Positions 15,576 through 22,795 of a DNA stretch of 22,795 nt are shown piece after piece. The DNA comes from Thermoplasmatota archaeon (GTDB lineage: Archaea; Thermoplasmatota; Penumbrarchaeia; Penumbrarchaeales; Penumbrarchaeaceae), in the NCBI GenBank assembly GCA_029762535.1, contig JARVGK010000028.1, forward strand, positions 1-22,795, read 5' to 3'. The translations under genes were made by a program, and so were the position numbers. The notes under the pieces were generated by a model that was not told the origin of the DNA, did no database searches, and saw only the letters and a list, made by a program, of their open reading frames with translations. Every line of letters starts with the position of its first letter. Position 1 is the first letter of the stretch.

Positions 15576-18500
15576 ATGAGAGCTGAAAACATACGAATGG
15601 CCTTGCTGACAGCTTTTCTTTTGATGTCTCCCGCGTTCTTCCTTTCGGGGAACGACGCGACACCGAAGGAGGATGTAACGGATGCGGCGGACCCCAGGCT
15701 CCTCGAGGATCCCGGTCCGAACATGATATGGACACATTACGGGGCGGTGCCGATCGACATGCTCAAAACGGTCGTGCCATTGGCGCAATCGGACATGGAT
15801 TCAGCTTTCTGGATATTGCAGTTCCCCGGAGTGATCCCGGTCGATGCAAGAGAGGTATTGGGCAGGTCGGGATACGATGTGATGGGTTACCTGCCCGATA
15901 ACGCATACATAATCAGATGCAGGAACGGGTTGACGCCGCGGAACGGCTTGATCGTTCCCGGGACAAGGGCGGCTCCCTACTATTCCGGCCTCAAGGTCCA
16001 CCCCCTCGTATATGGGGAGATGACAGCCAGGCCCGGCACCGGGACAATACAGGGCGTGTCATCGCTCCTTGTCGATCTTTTCGTCCGTGATGAGGATACT
16101 TTCGAGGCGATCGAAAGGGCGGCCAAGGGCTCGATCAGGGTGTCGGACACCAGGGCCCTCGTTCCCCTGCCGGCATCGGACCTAACAGGCCTCCTGCGTG
16201 TGGACGGAGTAAGGTCCATAGAGCCCCTCTATCCGATGGTCCTCATGAACAACGTATCCTCGAGAATAATCGATGTGAACGTGGTCAGGAGCGTCAACGG
16301 TTTGACGGGTAAGGGACAGATGGTGGGTATTTCGGACACCGGTCTGGACACTGGCGTGGACAATCATTCGGTCGATGGTGATATATTGGCGGATTTCGAT
16401 AACAGGGTAAAATTCGCCAACTGGGCGGGGACCTCCCCTGATGACGCCCATTCGCACGGAACCCACGTGGCCGGGTCCGTGGCGGGAAACGGATCCCTTT
16501 CGAACGGGACCATAGTGGGCATGGCGCCCGAGGCCAGTATATTCTTCCAGGGTATAGCGGATGACGGACATGTTCTCAGGGTGCCCAACAACCTGAGCCT
16601 GCTCTTCAAGCAGGCATACGACAACGGGACGCGCATCCACACCAACAGCTGGGGTGCTGCCTACAGCGGATTGTACACGATATATTCCAGGGACGTCGAT
16701 TGGTTCCTTTTCAATTATCCGGATATGATCATACTCTATTCCGCGGGAAACAGCGGGATCGACTATTACAAGCCCTACGGGACATATGATCCTGACGGCA
16801 AGATAGATCCGGACTCGATCGGAGCGCCCGCGACCGCCAAGAGCTGTATAACGGTAGGCGCATCCGAGAGCTACAGGCTGGACGGTGGTTTACAGGTACA
16901 GTGGGGAACGGGATCGTGGTTATGGAAATATTCAAAGGACCCAATATTGACCGACAAGCCATCCGACGATCCCCGTGGACTGGCCGCCTTCTCTTCGAGG
17001 GGGCCCACGGACGACGGCAGGATCAAGCCAGACGTGGTCGCCCCGGGAACGAACATACTATCGACCAAGTCAACGAAGACATCGAACACAGGTTGGGGCG
17101 CATTCTCTCAGAATTCCAACTACATCTACATGGGCGGCACATCTATGTCCTGCCCGATAACAGCAGGGGCCACGGCGCTCATCAGGGAGTATTACAACCT
17201 TTCACTGGGCCTCGATAGCCCCTCCGGGGCTTTGATGAAGGCCACCCTCATAAACGGTGCGCAGGATATGACACCCGGACAGTATGGTACTTCGAACCCC
17301 GTTACCCAGGAGATCAACTCCCGCCCTGACAACGATCAGGGATGGGGGCGAATAAACATCACGAATTCGCTTTACCCCCACGGAAAGAACCTGACGTTCA
17401 TGGACATGAAGACTGGCATAAGGACAGGTGAGAACCTGACCTTCAACTTCACTGTCAATGGGGGCGGACACCTTAACGCGACCCTTGTCTGGTCGGACTT
17501 CCCTGCCGAGACATCTTCATCGAAACAGCTCGTTAACGATCTGGACCTCGTCCTCATCGCTCCGAACGGCACGAGATACAACGGGAACGATATGGATAGC
17601 CCCTATGGCGATGTCTTTGACAGGACCAATCCCGTTGAGGGGATCCAAATAGTGGACCCTGCCCCTGGTAATTGGACCGTCATCGTTTCCGGACATTCGA
17701 TACCGATGGGGCCCCAGCACTTCGCCCTTGTCGCGACAGGGGACGCGACCCCCTTCACCCCGTTGGTCAGGATGGATATGGGATACTACTCGACCGACGG
17801 TGATGAGTTAATCATCGATGTCGTTGATGGAGATAGAAAGGGTGCGGGAACCCTAACGGTCAATGTTAGTTCGGACACACTTCCGGTGGGCAGGGCGGTC
17901 ACCCTCGATGAGATAGGGGTATCAGGTCTTTTCAGGGGGTACATAAAAACCCATAATGCTACCACATCCAACTCATCGCTTCTTCCAGTATCGAACGATG
18001 ACGAGATAAGCGTCGTTCACACCTTTGGAGGCAGCGGCAGGGCCGAGGCCAAAGCCGTAGCGAAGACACCTATGCGTATACTCCTGGAATGGGCCCCGGA
18101 ATACGATCTTGTATTCTCGGAGTATGAGGTCCTGCGCCTGTCGGGCCCTGGACAGAAGGGCATCGATGCCGAATGGACCCTAACGGGATCGGGCATCGGA
18201 TGGCAGGGCATATACGACGATGGCAACCTGTCCCATGGGGACGATACCGCTGATGACGGTAATTACTCCGCCCTGTGGACAACGCCACCCATGACGGACG
18301 GGCAGTTCGACATCGTCCTTAGGGTCAACGATCCTTACCTGGGCGTGAGGACGTATGGTTTTTACACATTGAGGTTCAACCGATCGATCCCCCGTTTCCC
18401 GAAGAACCTGTCCGCATATGTGAGACCGGAGGGCAACACCATCGATCTGTCATGGTCGGGTTCGAACGAGACGGACCTTTCCCATTACTCCGTAATGATG

Positions 18501-21188
18501 ACCACGATGCCGGGGGCATTATCGGACGATCCTTACAATTGGACGATAGTTCACAACACGACAGGTCTTCAGTACAATCACACCGTCAAGAACCTCACTG
18601 ACGGCATGGTCTACGGTTTGCGGGTAATGGTATGGGACGTCAACGGGAACGCTTCATCTCCATCCGCCCCCCTCTGGGACACTCCTCTGGATACACTGCC
18701 TCCTGAGGTGATCCTCAAAACCGATCCATATGTCATTGTGGGGATCGGGCATCTCGAGTTCGAGGGCGACGATGACCTGATGGAGGTCGAGGTGGAATAT
18801 TACATCGACACGGACGGCAACGGATACCCGGATGACGGGGGGGAATTCATCCCCATAGGTAGAGGGCCGCCCGATGATGTTGCCTGGGACACACGTTCGG
18901 AACACGGAGGTCCAGGGGACGTACCTTTCCTGTTGTTACGGTTCAGAGGTTCTGATGAGGTCCCCAACGTTTCGCCTTTCGTATTCTCCTCAGGCTTCGA
19001 GGTCGACAATACGGGTCCGGAATCCGTCAGACTTGTCCCAATTCCTGGAAGGGTGACCAACGAGAGCAGGCTGGTATCGTCCGGTGAATCCGAGCCCGGA
19101 GGATGGGTCCATATCTTCCTCAACGGAGCGCTTGTGGACAACGCTACGGTGGACGGCGACGGCGTCTTCATCGTCGATCTGAACCTATCGGAGGGAGTGA
19201 ACGAGTTGAACCTATCCTCCTACGACGAGAACGGGGCAGGTCCGACGAACGCATCATACGCGATCACTGTTGATACCATGCTTCCTCATGCGATCATCGA
19301 TGACGGCTCTACCGAAAGGGAGATCGAGGTGTCCCTGGAAGGCCTTGACCTTCGTTCTTTCAGCATGGACCAAGGTGTGGATCCCGAGTTCACATATCTC
19401 GAGAACATCACCTGGACCCTCATCGAGCCCTCTGGTAGGAGGACCGATCGTTATGGTTCGGAGAATGTAACGCTCATCTTCGAAGAGTTTGGTGAGCATA
19501 TCCTCTATCTTAGCGTGAGGGATCCAGCCGGGAACACGAACATCACCTATGTCCTGCTGACGGTCCAGGATACAACGCCTCCTGAGGTGAACATCACCGG
19601 TGAGTTCGAGATAGACGAGGACCAGACAGTGAGGTTCGATACGGAGGGTACGATCGACAATGACCCGCTGTTCCGCTCCAGGGAGGGGACCATGTACAAC
19701 TGGACCTTCACGGGTGCCGGAAGCTGGACCAGGACGTTCGATACCAACACCGTGTTCATCACATTCCAGGATCCCGGGGACTATTCGGTGCTCCTGGTCG
19801 TAACGGACGGATCCAACAACTCTGCTCATATGGAGAGAGAGATATTCGTCAGGGACATAACTCCACCCCAGGGCAACATAATCGGTCCTAACAGCCCAAT
19901 ACTCGGAATACCAGTGACATACCTGGAGAACGTCACGGACAACGACCCGCTGTTCCCTGAGGGAATGACCTATTCCTGGAACCTGACATATATGGAAGGC
20001 CTGCCGTCAGAACAGTGGAGCATTTTGGTCGATGGGACCTCCATCGATCATAATTTCACCGTGGCAGGGACCTATTTCCTGACCTTGACAGTGACGGATA
20101 GGACGGGGAATCGGAATGATATCGGGTTATCCATAATCGCGATAGGGGATATCACTCCACCGACGATATTGGACGTGAATCCAAGGCCTAACGCGTCATG
20201 GCAGTTCCCCGAGGACCAGCTCTTCACCGTAAGGTTCAGCGAGGAGATGCATCCAGACAGCATTGACAACACGACGATCTATTTGAGTTTGGACGGGTCC
20301 AGGATCGACTGCACTGTAGAGCTCAAGGACCTGGGAACGAGGGCGGTCATAACCCATCCCCCGCTCCTTAACGGCAGGACATACACCCTGGTGGTGGAGA
20401 CCTCGGTCATGGATATGTGGGAAAATTCTCTGGGGATCGGTTTTTCTTACGATTACACGATCCGTACGGTATTCTCGCTCGTACATCCAGATGGTGTCTT
20501 CCCGAACTCCACTGATGTGAACTTCTCTCACACCGAGTCCGTGTCCCTGAGGTTCACGAACCCGGTGACCCCTTCGTCAGTTCATATCGAGATACGGACA
20601 AGGACCAAGGAAGGCTATCTTCCCGTCACATCATCGGTCCGTCAGGGGGATGACGAAAGGACACTCCTTGTGACAGGGGTTTTCGATGAGGGCGCCACGT
20701 ATGAGATCACCGTGTTCATGGACAGCATGGACGCATTCGGTTACGAGCTCGATAAGATCTACATATGGGAGTTCAAGACCTACATACCCCCCGTTGTCGT
20801 TGATCCGGAGGAGGAACCGGAAGTCGACAGGGACCCCTTCTGGTGGACGCCCTTCCTTTTCGTTGGGTTGGCTATATTGATCGTACTTCTCATCATCATC
20901 GGCATACTGCTCCGGGTCAGGCATAACAGGAAGCTTAAGAGGATGTGGATGGAGGGCAATAAGGACGAGGAGGCCGAATATCTCAGGAGAAGACAGGAGA
21001 AGAGAAAGGCCCAAGTCCAAGAACCACCCTCTCAAGAAGGCATCCTGGATTACGATGCGGTCTCCTCCACTCCCCGAACAGGGGGCGGGTCCTTCCTCGA
21101 CTATCAAACCCCTGTACCTCCCGAGGAGGGACCGGGGGGTATAGACTGGGACGAACCCCAGGATGATGAGGAGAGCTGGGAGGAATGA
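15576..21188 (+). CDS. Membrane-anchored extracellular S8 (subtilisin, KP-43-like) protease with a C-terminal FN3/Ig/PKD-like stalk
   Basis: GGAGG RBS and N-terminal signal peptide. Catalytic motifs DTG, HGTHVAG and GTSMS, plus SAGN, FSSRGP.DDGRIKPD and a WSD/VNDLDL C-domain. These are followed by beta-rich domains with D.TPP linkers, a transmembrane helix (WWTPFLFVGLAILIVLLIIIGILL-RVR) and an acidic tail. Confidence 0.95.
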   Translation: MRAENIRMALLTAFLLMSPAFFLSGNDATPKEDVTDAADPRLLEDPGPNMIWTHYGAVPIDMLKTVVPLAQSDMDSAFWILQFPGVIPVDAREVLGRSGYDVMGYLPDNAYIIRCRNGLTPRNGLIVPGTRAAPYYSGLKVHPLVYGEMTARPGTGTIQGVSSLLVDLFVRDEDTFEAIERAAKGSIRVSDTRALVPLPASDLTGLLRVDGVRSIEPLYPMVLMNNVSSRIIDVNVVRSVNGLTGKGQMVGISDTGLDTGVDNHSVDGDILADFDNRVKFANWAGTSPDDAHSHGTHVAGSVAGNGSLSNGTIVGMAPEASIFFQGIADDGHVLRVPNNLSLLFKQAYDNGTRIHTNSWGAAYSGLYTIYSRDVDWFLFNYPDMIILYSAGNSGIDYYKPYGTYDPDGKIDPDSIGAPATAKSCITVGASESYRLDGGLQVQWGTGSWLWKYSKDPILTDKPSDDPRGLAAFSSRGPTDDGRIKPDVVAPGTNILSTKSTKTSNTGWGAFSQNSNYIYMGGTSMSCPITAGATALIREYYNLSLGLDSPSGALMKATLINGAQDMTPGQYGTSNPVTQEINSRPDNDQGWGRINITNSLYPHGKNLTFMDMKTGIRTGENLTFNFTVNGGGHLNATLVWSDFPAETSSSKQLVNDLDLVLIAPNGTRYNGNDMDSPYGDVFDRTNPVEGIQIVDPAPGNWTVIVSGHSIPMGPQHFALVATGDATPFTPLVRMDMGYYSTDGDELIIDVVDGDRKGAGTLTVNVSSDTLPVGRAVTLDEIGVSGLFRGYIKTHNATTSNSSLLPVSNDDEISVVHTFGGSGRAEAKAVAKTPMRILLEWAPEYDLVFSEYEVLRLSGPGQKGIDAEWTLTGSGIGWQGIYDDGNLSHGDDTADDGNYSALWTTPPMTDGQFDIVLRVNDPYLGVRTYGFYTLRFNRSIPRFPKNLSAYVRPEGNTIDLSWSGSNETDLSHYSVMMTTMPGALSDDPYNWTIVHNTTGLQYNHTVKNLTDGMVYGLRVMVWDVNGNASSPSAPLWDTPLDTLPPEVILKTDPYVIVGIGHLEFEGDDDLMEVEVEYYIDTDGNGYPDDGGEFIPIGRGPPDDVAWDTRSEHGGPGDVPFLLLRFRGSDEVPNVSPFVFSSGFEVDNTGPESVRLVPIPGRVTNESRLVSSGESEPGGWVHIFLNGALVDNATVDGDGVFIVDLNLSEGVNELNLSSYDENGAGPTNASYAITVDTMLPHAIIDDGSTEREIEVSLEGLDLRSFSMDQGVDPEFTYLENITWTLIEPSGRRTDRYGSENVTLIFEEFGEHILYLSVRDPAGNTNITYVLLTVQDTTPPEVNITGEFEIDEDQTVRFDTEGTIDNDPLFRSREGTMYNWTFTGAGSWTRTFDTNTVFITFQDPGDYSVLLVVTDGSNNSAHMEREIFVRDITPPQGNIIGPNSPILGIPVTYLENVTDNDPLFPEGMTYSWNLTYMEGLPSEQWSILVDGTSIDHNFTVAGTYFLTLTVTDRTGNRNDIGLSIIAIGDITPPTILDVNPRPNASWQFPEDQLFTVRFSEEMHPDSIDNTTIYLSLDGSRIDCTVELKDLGTRAVITHPPLLNGRTYTLVVETSVMDMWENSLGIGFSYDYTIRTVFSLVHPDGVFPNSTDVNFSHTESVSLRFTNPVTPSSVHIEIRTRTKEGYLPVTSSVRQGDDERTLLVTGVFDEGATYEITVFMDSMDAFGYELDKIYIWEFKTYIPPVVVDPEEEPEVDRDPFWWTPFLFVGLAILIVLLIIIGILLRVRHNRKLKRMWMEGNKDEEAEYLRRRQEKRKAQVQEPPSQEGILDYDAVSSTPRTGGGSFLDYQTPVPPEEGPGGIDWDEPQDDEESWEE

Positions 21189-21267
21189 CGAGGGTCATCG
21201 ATCCGGAGATTATTTACAACAAGGGAGAATCGATGGGTAACTATTATAAAGGGATGTCATCCGTTAG

Positions 21268-21495
21268 ATGTCGAAGACCGGCATCCCCCGGTTTCCCTGG
21301 AAGGATGATTTGGACATGACAATGGGGCTGAAGATCCACCGGATGATGAGGGACCAGAAAAAGGATCCCGAGACATTACGGACGGAAGCCCAGGAGAGGC
21401 GAGAGGTGTCCGATACCATTCTCGATATCATATACAGCAAGCTGGTAGAGAGGAAGAAGGGCGATCCCAAACCCGGGGACCTTGACGAAAAATGA
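21268..21495 (+). CDS. Small hypothetical protein (75 aa)
   Basis: Fills an intergenic gap, has codon style like its neighbours, and has a TATA-like TATTATAAA about 20-25 bp upstream. Confidence 0.55.
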   Translation: MSKTGIPRFPWKDDLDMTMGLKIHRMMRDQKKDPETLRTEAQERREVSDTILDIIYSKLVERKKGDPKPGDLDEK

Positions 21496-21619
21496 CCCGG
21501 ATGGGAGAGGACCGCCCAGCGATTCGTTGATATATTAAAAGTGTGATTAACTAAGGAAAAAAGTTGTTGGCCTTGGGCCGGCGCCCATCGCCGTGCTTTC
21601 TGATGATCGGGTGATATCG

Positions 21620-22396
21620 ATGCTTAGGATATGCGAAGAGCATGGTTACTTCAGAGGAGAGGAATGTCCGGTTTGCGGTGAGGAAGGTAAGTTCATGATG
21701 AGCACGTACGAGCTCGAGGGGCTCGGAAGGGTCATGGCTGGCGTCCTCAGACATTTCCCGGAGCGTTTCGGATTGGACATGGACGAAGAGGGTTTCGTTG
21801 ATATCTACAAGCTCGTCAACGCGATCAAGCGAAAAAGAGGCGACAGGGTAAGGTGGCTGAGGCCTTCGCACATTATCGGCCTTGCCGAGACGGATCCCAA
21901 GGGCAGGTATCAGGTGGAGAACAATCACGTCAGGGCCACATATGGGCATTCCAAGCCCTTGAAGATGAGCCTGCCCACCGACAACATTCCCGAGATGCTT
22001 TACTATCCCATAAAGGAGGGAGAATTGGAGGCAGTGAAGGAAGAGGGGATCCTCCCACACAACAGGACCATGGTCCATCTTTCCAAGACGTACTGGGACG
22101 CCTATGAGGCAGGGAGCCATCAGGACGACGGCAGTCCGTTGATACTGCGAATAGACGCGGAATCTGCCCAGGATAACGGGATAATCATTCAGAGGGCGGG
22201 GAAGACGGTTTTCACCGTGGAGGAGATCCCTCAGGATTTCATCGCGGTCTCGGACGAATCGGACATCGATATGGAGGATCCCAGGGCGCAGCCCGCGCCA
22301 GAAGATGGAGAAGAAGATCAGGACGCGGATGTCGAGAACATCGTCGACCAGGTCTACGCGAACGAGGGTTCGGAGAACGATGAAGATAAGGAATGA
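21620..22396 (+). CDS. kptA: RNA 2'-phosphotransferase KptA/Tpt1 with an N-terminal Zn ribbon and an acidic tail
   Basis: CEEHGYFRGEECPVCG, LRH, MDEEGFV, KGRY, VRATYGHS, R..VHLS and ILRIDA motifs. GGTGA RBS before ATG 21620. Confidence 0.93.
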   Translation: MLRICEEHGYFRGEECPVCGEEGKFMMSTYELEGLGRVMAGVLRHFPERFGLDMDEEGFVDIYKLVNAIKRKRGDRVRWLRPSHIIGLAETDPKGRYQVENNHVRATYGHSKPLKMSLPTDNIPEMLYYPIKEGELEAVKEEGILPHNRTMVHLSKTYWDAYEAGSHQDDGSPLILRIDAESAQDNGIIIQRAGKTVFTVEEIPQDFIAVSDESDIDMEDPRAQPAPEDGEEDQDADVENIVDQVYANEGSENDEDKE

Positions 22397-22466
22397 TCCA
22401 TATCTCAACGATTAAATAAGTGTCCCAGCATACGGCCCATCGGCCCCTGTTGACGGGACCGAACAT

Positions 22467-22574
22467 GCAGAGGTAGCTCAGCCCGGTAAGGCGCGAGACT
22501 GGAAATGGTCTGGTGACCGCTGGAGATCTCGTGGAGGCAACTCCTCGGGGGTTCAAATCCCCTCCTCTGCGCCA
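22467..22574 (+). tRNA. tRNA-Ser(GGA) with a 21-nt intron at canonical position 37/38 (22505-22525) and encoded CCA
   Basis: Acceptor stem GCAGAGG/CCTCTGC, discriminator G, CCA. Anticodon stem CGAGA/TCTCG with CT-GGA-A. Long variable arm GGAG-GCAA-CTCC and T arm GGGGG-TTCAAAT-CCCCT. The intron forms a bulge-helix-bulge. Confidence 0.95.
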
Positions 22575-22614
22575 ATCTTTTTCGTCAATTAATCTATGGT
22601 CTCAAGATTGGCGC
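22569..22614. repeat. Perfect 11-bp inverted repeat overlapping the tRNA 3' end (repeated at 22730-22775)
   Basis: GCGCCAATCTT - 24 nt - AAGATTGGCGC. Confidence 0.85.
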
Positions 22615-22672
22615 GTGAAGGTACTGAGATACGAAAAATGAGGAAGTGACATTACTGAGAACTCATTTTCCT

Positions 22673-22721
22673 GGACATCCGGATCTGAATTGTCGTCAAA
22701 TTATGGACGATCCAGATGTCC
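22673..22721. repeat. 12/13-bp inverted repeat
   Basis: GGACATCCGGATC - 23 nt - GATCCAGATGTCC. Confidence 0.8.
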
Positions 22722-22795
22722 CCTCCTCTGCGCCAATCTTTTTCGTCAATTAATCTATGGTCTCAAGATTGGCGCGTGAAGGTACTGAGATACGA

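Larger units (their letters stand above)
22558..22795 (+). repeat. Exact direct repeat of at least 77 bp (22558-22634 = 22719-22795), period 161 bp, starting with the last 17 nt of the tRNA
   Basis: TCCCCTCCTCTGCGCCAATCTTTTTCGTCAATTAATCTATGGTCTCAAGATTGGCGCGTGAAGGTACTGAGATACGA occurs twice. The second copy runs to the window end. Confidence 0.95.

Noticed and set aside
21551-22408. 285-aa antisense ORF over kptA
   Set aside because: It is a shadow of kptA with no independent evidence.
22467-22574. Selenocysteine, pyrrolysine or suppressor tRNA
   Set aside because: The extra length is explained by a BHB intron. The 7-bp acceptor stem, GGA anticodon, G discriminator and long variable arm fit ordinary tRNA-Ser.
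22558-22795. CRISPR array interpretation of the terminal repeat
   Set aside because: The repeat is at least 77 bp, begins inside a tRNA, has only two visible copies, and no cas genes are present.
22719-22795. Treating 77 bp as the true repeat length
   Set aside because: The copy is cut by the window end, and 77 is a common assembler k-mer size. The contig probably stopped at the repeat, so the real length and copy number are unknown.

Overview
Archaeal chromosomal segment, probably Thermoplasmatota. This is inferred from TATA-like boxes about 25 bp upstream of starts, GGTGA ribosome-binding sites, a BHB-intron tRNA, a Zn-ribbon KptA, a RAD55/KaiC ATPase and a giant helical-repeat protein. 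The first ~1.1 kb is AT-rich mobile-element debris: the 3' end of an ISL3 element that interrupts a signal-peptide gene, plus an IS481-like remnant. The GC-rich core encodes an S9 peptidase, a metallo-beta-lactamase-fold hydrolase, pcm, purA, a three-gene cluster (KaiC/RAD55 ATPase, a disordered protein with a MinD-like C-terminal amphipathic helix, and a ~1750-aa protein of ~66-aa helical repeats), a TPR protein, rtcB divergent from a DtxR/MntR regulator, a 1870-aa membrane-anchored S8 protease, a small ORF, kptA/tpt1 and an intron-containing tRNA-Ser(GGA). The window ends in a 161-bp-period direct repeat that starts in the tRNA 3' end and has two hairpins flanking an 8-nt core. This may be a tandemly integrated, tRNA-targeting mini-element. 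Family assignments come from motif recognition only; no database searches were run.
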